Below, piece by piece: positions 27,549 to 37,952 of a stretch of DNA of 64,000 bases (position 1 is its first letter; each line of letters begins with the position of its first letter). The notes under the pieces are model-generated. The model had not been told where the DNA came from, did no database searches, and saw only the letters and a program-made list of their open reading frames with translations. Origin of the DNA: an uncultured delta proteobacterium (lineage in GTDB: Bacteria > Desulfobacterota > Binatia > Binatales > Binataceae); NCBI GenBank assembly GCA_963724765.1, contig CAVRVY010000001.1:800001-864000 (forward strand), read 5' to 3'. A program made the translations under genes and the position numbers.

Positions 27549-28904
27549 ATGTCATCAGTCGAACCGGGCGTTGATCTGGCTCAATGGAGCTTGGAGCAGG
27601 CGCGCGCCGCGGGCGCCGACGCCGCCGAAGTTTTGATCGTGAGCGGCGAGTCGCTCAGCGCCGGTGTGCGCATGGGCGAGGTCGAAAAGCTCAAGAGTTC
27701 GCGGGAGCGCCGGCTGGGCGTGCGCGTTTTTGTCGGTAAATCGTCGGCCACGGCGTCGACTGCCGAATTCGAACGCAAAGCGTTGGGCGAATTCGTCGCC
27801 GACACGGTGCGCCTCGCGCGCCTGACGGCGCCTGACCAGTGGTCCGGGTTGCCCGACCCCGCGCTTCATCCGCGGACTGTGCCGGAGCTCGATCTCTCCG
27901 ATCCCTCCAGTGGCATTATCGACGCTGACCGCGCGCTGGAAATCGCGCGCACGGCCGAGCGCGCCGCGCTCGGCGCCGACAGCAGAATCAAAAACTCCGA
28001 GGGCGCCGAGTTCGACTCGGGCCGCTACCGCGTGGTCTTCGCCAACAGCCAGGACTTTGCCGGCGAGTATGCGGGCACCAGCTACAGTCTCGCGGTCGCG
28101 CCGATCGCGGAAGAAAACGGCGCGATGCAGCCCGGGCACTGGTACACGCAGAACCGCCGCTTCGACGGCCTCGAGGATGCCGCCTCGGTCGGACTGACCT
28201 CGGCCAGACGTGCGCTCAGAAAGCTCGGAGCGCGCAAGATCAAAACCACGCGCGCGCCGATCGTGTTCGATCCCGACATGGCTGCCGGCTTGCTGCGCGC
28301 GCTGGCGGGCGCGGCCTCGGGGCCGTCGCTCTATCGCGGCGCGTCGTTCCTGGTCGGCCGGATGGGCACGGAAGTCGCCAACGCCGGCGTGACGATCATC
28401 GACGACGGCACGATTCGCGGTGGACTTGGATCGAAGCCGTTTGATGGCGAAGGTCTGCCGATCGTGCGCAAGAACCTGGTCGAGCGCGGCGTGCTCAAGA
28501 CCTACCTGCTCGACTCCTACTCCGCGCGCCGGCTCGGCCTTGCGTCGACCGGCAACGCCGCGCGCTCGGTCGGCGATGCGCCCTCGGTCAGCCCGACCAA
28601 TCTTTATCTGCAGCCGGGCGCCTATTCGCCCGAGGAGATAATCCGCACCGTCAAGAGCGGCCTTTATCTGACCGAGCTTATCGGCTTCGGCGTCAACTCG
28701 GTCACCGGTGATTACTCACGCGGCGCGGGCGGAATGTGGATCGAGAACGGTGAGCTTGCTTACCCGGTGCAGGAGATCACGATCGCCGGCAATCTCAAGG
28801 GGATGTTCATGTCGATCGAGATGATCGGCAACGATCTCGCCTGGCGATCTTCGACGGTCGCTCCGACGCTCAAGATTTCCGAAATGATGATCGCGGGCGA
28901 ATAA
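27549..28904 (+). CDS. pmbA: TldE/PmbA family protein
   Basis: Follows tldD; NSEGA, PFDGEG, TGDYSRGA, ITIAGNL. Confidence 0.93.
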   Translation: MSSVEPGVDLAQWSLEQARAAGADAAEVLIVSGESLSAGVRMGEVEKLKSSRERRLGVRVFVGKSSATASTAEFERKALGEFVADTVRLARLTAPDQWSGLPDPALHPRTVPELDLSDPSSGIIDADRALEIARTAERAALGADSRIKNSEGAEFDSGRYRVVFANSQDFAGEYAGTSYSLAVAPIAEENGAMQPGHWYTQNRRFDGLEDAASVGLTSARRALRKLGARKIKTTRAPIVFDPDMAAGLLRALAGAASGPSLYRGASFLVGRMGTEVANAGVTIIDDGTIRGGLGSKPFDGEGLPIVRKNLVERGVLKTYLLDSYSARRLGLASTGNAARSVGDAPSVSPTNLYLQPGAYSPEEIIRTVKSGLYLTELIGFGVNSVTGDYSRGAGGMWIENGELAYPVQEITIAGNLKGMFMSIEMIGNDLAWRSSTVAPTLKISEMMIAGE

Positions 28905-28938
28905 GTCGCGCGCCGGCCGCGCCGCTAGCGCTGTGCCT

Positions 28939-29469
28939 TCAGCCGCGCGCGAAAAGTGAACGGACCAGCCGTACCAGGTAGCGCCAGAAATTGAGCAAGA
29001 AACCCTGGCGCGCGACCGTGCCTGCCGCCTCGGCCTTGAGCTCCGCCTCGGCGGCGGCGAAGAATTGCCCGATCATCATCTTGGCTGCGCTGTCGATTAC
29101 GCGCTGGCCGACCTGCACCAACGGCCCGCCGATCTGGATATCGCCGCCATAGGTCGCCACGGTTTGGCCCGGGCCTTTGGCCACGAGATCCAGCGTGCCC
29201 GAGCCGCGCATGAAGCCCTGCTTGCCCTTGCCGTCGACCGACATCTTGTAATGCTCGGGCGCACGGACTTCGTCGAGCTTGAGCTTGCCGGCATAGATGC
29301 CCTTGACGGCGGCGATACCGACGTTAAGCGTGCCGGCGAACTCGGTGGGGCTGATGACGTCGAGCTTTTCGCATCCGGGAATCAGGCGCGAGAGGCGCTC
29401 GGGATCGTTAAAGAGGGCCCACACGCGTTGGCGCGGGGCTGAGAGCGTTTGTTCTCCAGAGATTTTCAT
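28939..29469 (-). CDS. coxG: CoxG / SRPBCC family protein
   Basis: VWALFNDPERLSRLIPGCE, GGPLVQVGQRVIDSAAK..IGQFF; amphipathic C-tail. Confidence 0.85.
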   Translation of the reverse strand: MKISGEQTLSAPRQRVWALFNDPERLSRLIPGCEKLDVISPTEFAGTLNVGIAAVKGIYAGKLKLDEVRAPEHYKMSVDGKGKQGFMRGSGTLDLVAKGPGQTVATYGGDIQIGGPLVQVGQRVIDSAAKMMIGQFFAAAEAELKAEAAGTVARQGFLLNFWRYLVRLVRSLFARG

Positions 29470-29478
29470 CTAGACTCG

Positions 29479-29603
29479 TTAATCCGCTCTCCGTGGTCCG
29501 CGCCGATCAGTCCTTGGCGCTGCGACCGCGCTCTTCAATGCGCCGCGCGTGTAGACGCGCGCCAGTTCGGCGCAAATCAACTGCATCCGGGGCTCGATTT
29601 CAT
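29479..29603 (-). pseudogene. Probable remnant of CoxM/xanthine dehydrogenase-type FAD subunit
   Basis: Minus strand reads AELARVYTRGALKSAVA, resembling CoxM C-terminal helix; orphan GAGG-ATG-AAA-TCG start just upstream; lies 5' of coxG. Confidence 0.5.
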
Positions 29604-29620
29604 CTTCGCCTCGTTGATTG

Positions 29621-29648
29621 TTGACTGATAGCGTCAAGCGCATAGGCT
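29621..29648 (+). promoter_or_regulatory. Putative clpB promoter with overlapping dyad
   Basis: TTGACT-16nt-TAGGCT; TTGAC-N7-GTCAA inverted repeat at 29621-29637. Confidence 0.35.
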
Positions 29649-29800
29649 AGCTCCATCGTCAGAGCACAATGTGCTTAGCAAATGCGGAGCGACGGGCCAA
29701 ACCAAAAAATGGTCGTCCGGCGGCAGGCCGCCTTCGCCGTTGTCGGCCAACAGAAAGTGGTTAAATTCAGAAAAGATTTTCCAAAAAAGGCCAACCACTC

Positions 29801-32422
29801 ATGAGTAGCCCATCCCGTTTTACAGAGAAACTTCAGGAGGCGCTCGGGCGTGCGCAAAACGCGGCGCTTAGCGCTCACAATCAGGCGGTCGACGTCGAGC
29901 ATCTGCTCGCCGCGCTACTCGAGGACGACGAGGGACTGGTCTCCTCTGTGCTGAAGTTGGCCGGCGTGGACCGCGCCATCGTGCGGCGCAAGCTGGCTGA
30001 CGAGCTCGCGAAAGTTCCGCAGGTTACCGGCGGCGGAACCGACTCCAGCCAGGTCTACGCCACGCAGCGCCTTGGCCGCGTGCTGGCGCGCGCCGAACAG
30101 GAAGCGGGCAAGCTCAAGGACGATTACATCTCGGTCGAGCACGTGTTGATCGCGATGCTCGACGAGCCGGGCGCCGCCTCGCGAATCTTGCGCGAGGCTG
30201 GGATGACCCACGACAAGCTGATGGAGACGCTGCAGAAAGTTCGCGGCAATCAGCGCGTCACTTCGGCCAATCCTGAGGCGACCTACCAGGCGCTCGAGCG
30301 CTACGGGCGCGACCTCACCAAGATGGCTGCGTCGGGCAAGCTCGACCCGGTCATCGGGCGCGACGAAGAGGTCCGCCGCGTGATCCAGGTGCTGTCGCGG
30401 CGCACCAAGAACAACCCGGTGCTGATCGGCGAGCCGGGCGTGGGCAAGACCGCGATTGTCGAGGGCCTCGCCCAGCGTATCGTCGCCGGCGACGTGCCCG
30501 AGGGACTAAAGGATCGCCGCCTGGTCGCGCTCGACATGGGCGCGCTGGTCGCGGGCGCCAAGTTCCGCGGCGAGTTCGAGGAACGGCTCAAGGCCGTGCT
30601 CAAGGAAGTCCAGGAGGCCTCGGGCCAGATCATCCTGTTCATCGACGAACTGCACACGGTGGTGGGCGCAGGCGCGGCCGAGGGTGCGATGGATGCGTCC
30701 AACCTGCTCAAGCCGGCGCTGGCGCGGGGCGAGCTGCACTGTATCGGTGCGACCACGCTCGATGAGTACCGCAAGCACATCGAGAAGGACGCCGCGCTGG
30801 AACGCCGCTTCCAGCCCGTGATGGTCGAGGAGCCGAGCGTCGAGGACACGATTTCCATCCTGCGCGGGCTCAAGGAACGCTACGAGGTCCATCACGGCAT
30901 CCGGATCAAGGACGCCGCGCTGGTGACCGCGGCGATTCTCTCCAAGCGCTACATCACGGACCGTTTTCTGCCCGACAAGGCGATCGACCTGGTGGACGAG
31001 GCGGCGGCCAAGCTGCGTACCGAAAAGGAATCGATGCCGGTCGAGTTGGACGAAGTCAACCGGCGAGTGATGCAGCTCGAGATCGAGCGCGAGGCGCTCA
31101 AGCGCGAGACCGACGTGGCCTCGCGCGAGCGGTTGGAGCGGCTGGAGAAGGAACTGGCCGAAGTGCGCGACAAACGCGACGCCTTGCGGGCGCAATGGCA
31201 GAGCGAAAAGGGCGCGGTCGAAAAGCTCGCCGCCATCAAGGCGCAGATCGAACACACCCGAGTCGAGATCGAAAAAGCCAAGCGCGAGTACGACTTGAAC
31301 AAGGTCGCCGAGCTGCAATACGGGACGCTCGCCGCGCTGGAAAAGGAACTTGCCGAGGGCGATGCGCGCAATGCGCCGTCGGGCGGCGCCACCCGGCTGA
31401 TCAAGGAAGAGGTCGACGAAGAGGACATCGCCGAGGTCGTCGCGCGCTGGACCGGCGTTCCCGTCGCGCGCCTGATGGAGGGCGAGGTCCAGAAACTCTC
31501 CCATCTCGAGGAGCAATTGCACAAACGCGTTATCGGACAGGACGAGGCGGTCCAGGCGGTGGCCGACGCGGTGGTGCGGGCTCGCGCGGGCCTTAAGGAT
31601 CCCAACCGTCCGATCGGATCGTTCATCTTTCTTGGCCCCACCGGCGTCGGCAAGACCGAGCTTGCGCGCGCCCTCGCCGCGTTCCTGTTCGACAACGAGG
31701 GCGCGATGGTGCGGATCGACATGTCCGAGTACATGGAAAAACATACGGTCTCGCGGCTGATTGGCGCGCCGCCAGGCTACATCGGATTCGAGGAAGGCGG
31801 CCAGTTGACCGAGGCCGTGCGCCGGCGCCCCTACTCGGTCATCCTGTTCGACGAGATCGAGAAGGCTCATCACGATGTCTTCAACGTATTGCTGCAACTG
31901 CTCGATGACGGACGGCTCACAGACGGGCAGGGGCGGACGGTGGACTTCAAGAACACCGTCGTGATCATGACCTCGAACATCGCGAGCGACCTCATCCTTG
32001 CCTATCGGGGCAAGGACTACGACAAGATGAAGGAGGAGGCGCTGGACGTACTGCGCAAGAGCTTCCGTCCGGAGTTTCTCAACCGGGTCGACGAAATCGT
32101 GGTGTTCCATCCGCTGACCCGCGACGAGTTGCGGCAGATCGTCAGCATCCAGATGGGTGGACTGCGCAAGCGGCTCGAAGAGCGCAAGATCGAGCTCGAG
32201 CTTACCGACAAGGCGAGCGATTACTTCGCCGAGCGCGGCTACGATCCTCAGTACGGGGCGCGTCCGCTTAAGCGCCTGGTGCAGCAGGAACTGGAGACCG
32301 GGCTCGCGCGCAAGATTCTTGCCGGTGAAGTACGCGACGGCTCTAAAGTCGTGGTCGACGCGGGGCCCCGCGGGCTGACGTTCGCGGTGAAAGAGCCGGC
32401 TGCCAAGGCCGCCGCCGCGTAA
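29801..32422 (+). CDS. clpB: ATP-dependent chaperone ClpB
   Basis: Two Walker A motifs ([16 protein letters not shown]), long coiled-coil middle domain, 873 aa. Confidence 0.98.
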   Translation: MSSPSRFTEKLQEALGRAQNAALSAHNQAVDVEHLLAALLEDDEGLVSSVLKLAGVDRAIVRRKLADELAKVPQVTGGGTDSSQVYATQRLGRVLARAEQEAGKLKDDYISVEHVLIAMLDEPGAASRILREAGMTHDKLMETLQKVRGNQRVTSANPEATYQALERYGRDLTKMAASGKLDPVIGRDEEVRRVIQVLSRRTKNNPVLIGEPGVGKTAIVEGLAQRIVAGDVPEGLKDRRLVALDMGALVAGAKFRGEFEERLKAVLKEVQEASGQIILFIDELHTVVGAGAAEGAMDASNLLKPALARGELHCIGATTLDEYRKHIEKDAALERRFQPVMVEEPSVEDTISILRGLKERYEVHHGIRIKDAALVTAAILSKRYITDRFLPDKAIDLVDEAAAKLRTEKESMPVELDEVNRRVMQLEIEREALKRETDVASRERLERLEKELAEVRDKRDALRAQWQSEKGAVEKLAAIKAQIEHTRVEIEKAKREYDLNKVAELQYGTLAALEKELAEGDARNAPSGGATRLIKEEVDEEDIAEVVARWTGVPVARLMEGEVQKLSHLEEQLHKRVIGQDEAVQAVADAVVRARAGLKDPNRPIGSFIFLGPTGVGKTELARALAAFLFDNEGAMVRIDMSEYMEKHTVSRLIGAPPGYIGFEEGGQLTEAVRRRPYSVILFDEIEKAHHDVFNVLLQLLDDGRLTDGQGRTVDFKNTVVIMTSNIASDLILAYRGKDYDKMKEEALDVLRKSFRPEFLNRVDEIVVFHPLTRDELRQIVSIQMGGLRKRLEERKIELELTDKASDYFAERGYDPQYGARPLKRLVQQELETGLARKILAGEVRDGSKVVVDAGPRGLTFAVKEPAAKAAAA

Positions 32423-32453
32423 CTCCAGGCGGCCATCCTGAATCTTCCATGTC

Positions 32454-32491
32454 AGGAGGATGCGACAGTCGCATCCCCCTTCTCTGACTTT
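32454..32491 (+). terminator. Palindrome / likely clpB terminator
   Basis: GGATGCGAC-A-GTCGCATCC perfect dyad (32458-32476), extended by AGGA/CCCT, followed by pyrimidine-rich TCTCTGACTTT. Confidence 0.5.
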
Positions 32492-32616
32492 GTATTGACG
32501 TCTGCGTGCTGACGCCCCGCGGGCGCGTCTTTGCACAGGACGGCCGATGCGCCACAATCCGCGCGGCGCAATGGCGCCGGACGTTGGCCGGATATCGCCA
32601 GCGCGCCGAGGAGAAC

Positions 32617-33861
32617 ATGACCAAGCAAGACCGCACGGCCTGGATGCTCGCCGGCGCGCTTTTCCTCGCGCTCTTTTTCCTCTGGGGAGCCGCGTACGAC
32701 TGTTTTCCGATCCTTCTGCCCTCGGTGCTCAAGCAATTTCATCTGAGCAAGGAGCAAATCGGAAAGGTGCCGGCGGCTCAGGCGCTGGCAGCCCTCGTGG
32801 TTGGCCCGCTGGTCGGCTGGCTGCTCGATCGGATCGCGGCGCAAATCGTGATGAGCGTCGGCGCCGTGCTGACCGCGATCGGAATCGTGATGATGGCCCG
32901 GGCCGACTCGTTCGATGGCGTGCTCGCCGGGTCAGTCATAACCGGGGTCGGGTTGAGCGCGTCGACTATCCTGCCCGCCACGATGGTCATATCAAACTGG
33001 TTCGGCGAGCGGCGTGGCGCCGCTCTGGGCGTCACGACGGCGGGGATGGAACTGGGCGGGATGGTGACTGCGATAGTGGCGGGATCCCTGATTGTAGCCC
33101 GCGGTTGGCGCTTCGCATACGCGGCATTGGCCATTCCGCTGATCGTGATCGTTGTGCCGTTATGCCTGATTTTCGTGCGCACGCGTCCCGAGCAGCAGGC
33201 GCATAGCGGGAGCGCGGGCAATCAGAGTCCCGCCGAGATCGCGTCCGATCTTCCGGGCCTGGAAGTGGACGAGGCGGTGCGCACGCGAGCCTTCTGGATG
33301 CTGGTGGTGCTGCAGTTCTGCTACACGTTCTCGGTCGGCGGCAGCTTTATCCATCTCGTGCAGTACCTCATCAGTATCGGCTACACGCTGAGAGCGGGGA
33401 CGATGGTGGTCGGCTTCTCGTTGGGACTGGCGCTGATCGGCAAGCCGGCGATGGGCGTGCTGGGTGACCGGATCGGCGGGAAGAACGCGCTCGCTCTTTG
33501 TCTGGTGCTCGGAGCCGCGAATACCGCTTTCCTCCTGCTCGCGCGGATGTTCTGGGTCCTGGTGATCTTCACCTTCGTCGGCGGAATCACCGGTTCGGCA
33601 CCTATCGCGTTGGGTCCGCTGGTTCAGGTCGAGACGCTGGGACTCAAGCGCTATGGCTCGATTGCCGGGCTTCTCGGGATAACGTTTACCTTGGGCGCGA
33701 TGATGGGCCCGCCGATAGTCGGCAAGCTCGCGGACGTTACCGGCACCTACACCGTGTCATTCGAGGTCTGCGCGCTGGTCGGATTCATAGGCGCCATCGC
33801 TTCATTCCTTTGCGTGGCGCCGGGGCGGGCGCGGGTCGGCGGCCTGGTCCAGGCCAAATAG
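32617..33861 (+). CDS. MFS transporter (OFA/MCT-like)
   Basis: About 12 hydrophobic segments, GWLLDRI and GVLGDRIG motif A, WFGERRG; ATG after GAGGAG. Confidence 0.9.
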   Translation: MTKQDRTAWMLAGALFLALFFLWGAAYDCFPILLPSVLKQFHLSKEQIGKVPAAQALAALVVGPLVGWLLDRIAAQIVMSVGAVLTAIGIVMMARADSFDGVLAGSVITGVGLSASTILPATMVISNWFGERRGAALGVTTAGMELGGMVTAIVAGSLIVARGWRFAYAALAIPLIVIVVPLCLIFVRTRPEQQAHSGSAGNQSPAEIASDLPGLEVDEAVRTRAFWMLVVLQFCYTFSVGGSFIHLVQYLISIGYTLRAGTMVVGFSLGLALIGKPAMGVLGDRIGGKNALALCLVLGAANTAFLLLARMFWVLVIFTFVGGITGSAPIALGPLVQVETLGLKRYGSIAGLLGITFTLGAMMGPPIVGKLADVTGTYTVSFEVCALVGFIGAIASFLCVAPGRARVGGLVQAK

Positions 33862-34074
33862 AGATCGCCGCTGCACGTCTTAAGCAGGCATCTGTCGCCG
33901 CCAGGCGGTCTCGCGTCGAAGCGCCGCCCGGACATTGGACGAGTGCGCGGGGCGGCGCTAGGCTGTTAGCTGGACTTAATTATCCGGATACGCAATATTA
34001 GCCCGAAACCCGGCAGAACCGGGTAAGAGGAGGCAGCGGGCAGACCTGACCCGCTGTGTGAGGAGCCGCAAGCC

Positions 34075-34479
34075 ATGCGTGAACTGAGAGTTCGAACCAC
34101 CTTTCGCGGCGTCGGCGCAGCCCTGGCCGCACTGATTCTGGTTGTTGGCGCCGTCCCGTCGATCGCGGCGGCCAAGACAGTTGAAATCAAGATGAGCGAC
34201 ACGCCACCCAAGTTCATCCCGATGACGGTCACGATCCAGAAGGGAGACACGGTCGAGTGGATCAACAACGCGGCGTCGCTTCACTCGGTGACTACCAACC
34301 CGGCGGTCGCGCAGGATCCCAAGGACGTTTCGGCGCCCGCGGGCGCCAAGCCGTTCGACTCGGGCTTCATGACGCCGGGGGGGAAGTGGAGCTATACGTT
34401 CACCGTCCCGGGCACCTACAAGTACCTCTGTTTGCCGCACGAAAAGGACCACATGACCGGCATCGTGGTGGTCAAATAA
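34075..34479 (+). CDS. Secreted type-1 blue copper protein (plastocyanin/azurin-like cupredoxin)
   Basis: Signal peptide; H (LHSV) and C-x2-H-x4-M (YLCLPHEKDHM) ligands; GDTVEW. Confidence 0.9.
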   Translation: MRELRVRTTFRGVGAALAALILVVGAVPSIAAAKTVEIKMSDTPPKFIPMTVTIQKGDTVEWINNAASLHSVTTNPAVAQDPKDVSAPAGAKPFDSGFMTPGGKWSYTFTVPGTYKYLCLPHEKDHMTGIVVVK

Positions 34480-34558
34480 AAAGCGCGAAACCGGGCCCGA
34501 AGACGTTGCCGACGGGGGTAAGGTTAGGCTATTGTGCCGAGCCGAAAAGGAGTCGATC

Positions 34559-35170
34559 GTGATCGTGCCGAGCAGGATCGTGCCGAACCAGTCAATTCGC
34601 GCCGCCGGAAGTAATCGCGCGGCGCGCGCCGCTCAGCCGAGGCTGGTGGTGATCGTGGCCGCGATGGCGGCGTTCGTCGTTGCGGGGGCTAGCGCGGCTT
34701 GGTGTTTCCCCTGGAGCATCGACATGTTCCGTGGCCCGGCGATTCAGCCGCTGGAGATTTCGCCGCGTGTGATGCCGGAGGGAACGCTGCCTACCGATAC
34801 CGGCTCGCCGCCACAGGACCTCGAGCAGGCGACCATCAAGGCGCATAACCCGCTCAAGCCGACGGCGGAAAATATCGCTCATGGCAAGGTGCTTTACGAC
34901 AACACTTGCATGCCGTGCCATGGCGCGAGCGGACACGGTGACGGTCCGGTGGCTCATCTGTTGCACGCCCACGGTTTCGATCCGAAGAATCTCGTGACGG
35001 GCGTGACCAAGAACCTGCCCGACGGCTATATCTACGGCTACATCCGCGACGGCGGCATTCATATGCCCTCGTACGCGGACGCGATGAACTCCGACGAGCG
35101 CTGGGATGTGGTGATGTACGTGCGCCAGCTCCAGGTGCCGCCGAGCGCCCAGAAAACCGCCTCGAAGTAA
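34559..35170 (+). CDS. Monoheme c-type cytochrome, ActE-like
   Basis: CMPCH heme motif, distal Met in MPSY, N-terminal hydrophobic anchor, DM...P...PEGT.P segment; GTG after AGGAG. Confidence 0.85.
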   Translation: MIVPSRIVPNQSIRAAGSNRAARAAQPRLVVIVAAMAAFVVAGASAAWCFPWSIDMFRGPAIQPLEISPRVMPEGTLPTDTGSPPQDLEQATIKAHNPLKPTAENIAHGKVLYDNTCMPCHGASGHGDGPVAHLLHAHGFDPKNLVTGVTKNLPDGYIYGYIRDGGIHMPSYADAMNSDERWDVVMYVRQLQVPPSAQKTASK

Positions 35171-35514
35171 CCGTCTCTCGAAGCACGGCGGCAATCGAGG
35201 CGCGCGGGTGCGCGCGTCGATTGCCGCCGTTTCCCGTTTCCATGGCGCTCTGCGCTACGGCGGACAGCTCCACGGCCGCCGCGCGCGCCTCCGTTACAGC
35301 CCTGTGAAGTGGGGATCCCGAGGGTATGAGCATGCCGCCTGCCTCTTCCGTAAGGCCTCTGGAGACGGTCTAATTGATCCGCACAGTTGCGCGGGGGCGC
35401 GCGGGACGCGGCTCGGGACGCGTCCCGCACGGCCGGCCAACGTCGATATCTGCAACCTCGAGACGGCTGGCAACGTCTATACCTGCTACCTTGCGATGGA
35501 AGGGGGGCCGAAAT

Positions 35515-36819
35515 ATGCGGATTCATGCGAGCAAGGCGGCCGTGGGCGCCGTGATAGCGGTCGCGGCGACGGTGACACTTGCCTTGACGCTGGCACAGGC
35601 TGCGTCGGGGAGCCGTTCGGGGAGTCAGGCGCTGGACGTGACGCAACTGGTGCAGGTCGCGCTGGAAGTGAATCCCCAGGTACGTGCAGCGCGCGCGCGA
35701 TGGGAGTCGGCCGAGCACTCGATCAAGCAGGCCTATGCGCCGAACGATCCGCAGATCTCGTATACCAACGGTGATAGCGCAGGCAACGGCTTTAACCGGT
35801 CGTCGTATCACACTTTGCTGGTAAGCGAGGCTTTTCAGTTCCCCGGCAAGGCGCTGTTGCAGGGAACCCAGGCGAAGCGCGCGGCGGAGATCGCGCGGCT
35901 GACGTATCAGGCCACGGTTCGCGATACCCGGGCCGCGGTCGAAACCGCTTATTACCAACTCTTACTGGACAGTGCGCTGGCGGACGTCAACGCCGAAAAT
36001 GTAGGGAATCTTGAGCAGGTCCTCAAAGTGACGCAGGTCGCATACTCCGTCAACCAGGTGACGCAAACCGATTTCGTAAGCGCCGAGTTCGACCTTGCCG
36101 CGGCCAGGCAGTTGCAACTTCAATACAAGACCAACATCGAGAACGACGAAACCGCGCTGAATCAACTTCTCAGCCGGCCACCCGGCGCTCCGCTGGACTT
36201 CGAGCGCACGCTTACATTCGATGCGCTCAAAATCCCGCTCGACACGCTGATCGTCCGCGCGGAAGGTCTGCGCCAGGAGATCCTCGAGGCCGCGCTCACC
36301 GAGCGTAATTCCGATACGGCGCTTCAGCTCGCGAAGATGGAATATCTGCCCGACTTCACCGTGAGCTACTTCTTCGACCACTACCTGCTGCCCAGTGCCG
36401 CGCCGGCGCCTAACCGCACTGAGGACCATTCGTGGGTAATCGGCGCCAACATGCCGATCTTCTTCTGGCTCAGGCAGAACGAAGACGTCGCGCGCGCGCG
36501 AACTGAGCTTGAGGCTTCACGCTACGACCTGGTGTCGGTGAAGAACCAGACGGCGGCGACTGTGACCTCGCTCTATCGCTCGGCCCAGTATGGCTATCAG
36601 ACCGCGATTCTGTACCGGCAATCGCTCATCCCACTGGCCAACGAGGATTTCGAGGTAGCGCTGACCGCATACCAGTCGGGCAAGATCTCGTTTGTGGAAC
36701 TGGCGGCGGCGTTGCGCCGCGGTTACGATGCTCGGGTAAGCTATTTGCAGGGCGCCAACCAGTTTGTGGCTAATCGAGTGGCGCTGGAGCAGGCGGTCGG
36801 TGCGCCACTGGGCCAATGA
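35515..36819 (+). CDS. TolC-family outer membrane efflux protein (CzcC/CusC-like)
   Basis: Signal peptide, ALEVNPQV, FPGK, YLPDF, YQSGKISF; first gene of efflux trio. Confidence 0.88.
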   Translation: MRIHASKAAVGAVIAVAATVTLALTLAQAASGSRSGSQALDVTQLVQVALEVNPQVRAARARWESAEHSIKQAYAPNDPQISYTNGDSAGNGFNRSSYHTLLVSEAFQFPGKALLQGTQAKRAAEIARLTYQATVRDTRAAVETAYYQLLLDSALADVNAENVGNLEQVLKVTQVAYSVNQVTQTDFVSAEFDLAAARQLQLQYKTNIENDETALNQLLSRPPGAPLDFERTLTFDALKIPLDTLIVRAEGLRQEILEAALTERNSDTALQLAKMEYLPDFTVSYFFDHYLLPSAAPAPNRTEDHSWVIGANMPIFFWLRQNEDVARARTELEASRYDLVSVKNQTAATVTSLYRSAQYGYQTAILYRQSLIPLANEDFEVALTAYQSGKISFVELAAALRRGYDARVSYLQGANQFVANRVALEQAVGAPLGQ

Positions 36820-37943
36820 TGAGGCTTAAAACGGCCGCGACACTCCTATGTGCCCTCGCGACGCTCGTGGCACTCCACGGATGCGAGGGCTCGTCGCCCA
36901 GCCGCGCCGCGGTCGATACGCCGCCCGCGCCGGTTCCGCAAATCATCCACCAAAGCAACGGCGAGGATCTGCTTCAACTGGACCCCACGCGCGTGCCGGG
37001 CGCCACGCTCGGCGAAGTGCGCGAGGTCGAGCTGCCCGCGGTGCTCGAGGCCAATGGCCAGGTGACATTCGACGACCGCCGCGTCTCGAGCATTGTCTCG
37101 CGCGTCGCCGGACGTATCGAACAGGTGCGCGTTTCGCAGTGGGACAACGTGCGGCGCGGCGAGCCGATAGTCGCGCTCTATAGCCCCGACTTCATGACCG
37201 CTGAGGCGGAGTATCTGCAGGCCAAGCAGACCACGCATCTGAGCGGCGCACCCGGAATTGCCGCTACGGCGGGGCTGGCGGCCTCGATGCAAGACGCGGC
37301 CGAGCGCAAGCTGGAACTGCTCGGCATGGAACAGGCGGACATCCGCGCGATCAGCGTCCCCAATCCGACGGTCTGGATGCGCGCGCCGATCGGCGGCACG
37401 GTGATCGACAACAAGGCCACGCGTGGCGCCGCGGTCTCCCCGGGTGACGTTCTTTATACGCTCGGCACTCTTAACGACGTCTGGATCACTGCCAACATCT
37501 ACGAAGATGATCTCGCGCGCGTGCACGAAGGCCAGGCCCTCGAGGCGGTGACCACCGCTTATCCCGATGACGTCTTCAAGGGCGTTATTTCGCGAGTCAG
37601 CCCCGGCATCGATCCCACTACCTTCACTGCGCAGATCCGATGCACCGTCGCAAACCCGGGCCTCAAGCTCAAGCCGCAAATGCTCGCGCGGGTGCGGATA
37701 GTGACGCGGCCGGGCCTGGCGCTGGTGGTGCCGCAGCAGGCGCTGGTTTTCGACACCGATTCTTACTTTGCCTACGTGCGGGTGGCGCCCAACGCGGTGG
37801 CGCGGCGCAAGGTCGCGATCACTTCGTGGAACGAAAAGGGCTACGCACGAGTGGTTTCCGGGCTTAGTACCGGTGATACGGTGATCGTGGCCGGGGCGTT
37901 GCAAGTCGACGAACTGTGGCGCGCGGCGCATGGCCAGGGATAG
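36816..37943 (+). CDS. RND efflux periplasmic adaptor (CzcB/CusB-like)
   Basis: GRIEQV, LYSPDF...AEY, RAPIGG, LKPQM, VPQQA; lipobox-like LHGC. Confidence 0.9.
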   Translation: MMRLKTAATLLCALATLVALHGCEGSSPSRAAVDTPPAPVPQIIHQSNGEDLLQLDPTRVPGATLGEVREVELPAVLEANGQVTFDDRRVSSIVSRVAGRIEQVRVSQWDNVRRGEPIVALYSPDFMTAEAEYLQAKQTTHLSGAPGIAATAGLAASMQDAAERKLELLGMEQADIRAISVPNPTVWMRAPIGGTVIDNKATRGAAVSPGDVLYTLGTLNDVWITANIYEDDLARVHEGQALEAVTTAYPDDVFKGVISRVSPGIDPTTFTAQIRCTVANPGLKLKPQMLARVRIVTRPGLALVVPQQALVFDTDSYFAYVRVAPNAVARRKVAITSWNEKGYARVVSGLSTGDTVIVAGALQVDELWRAAHGQG

Positions 37944-37952
37944 GAGCCGTCC

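Noticed and set aside
26067-28904. tldD/pmbA as part of a RiPP cluster
   Set aside because: No precursor peptide, YcaO or other modification gene nearby; housekeeping context
29660-29690. CIRCE element upstream of clpB
   Set aside because: Only fragments (AGCAC, TTAGCA); does not match TTAGCACTC-N9-GAGTGCTAA
35171-35514. Riboswitch or ncRNA, or the 188-aa ORF 35208-35774, in the spacer before tolC
   Set aside because: No riboswitch consensus recognised by eye; ORF overlaps tolC out of frame and lacks motifs; an Rfam scan would be needed
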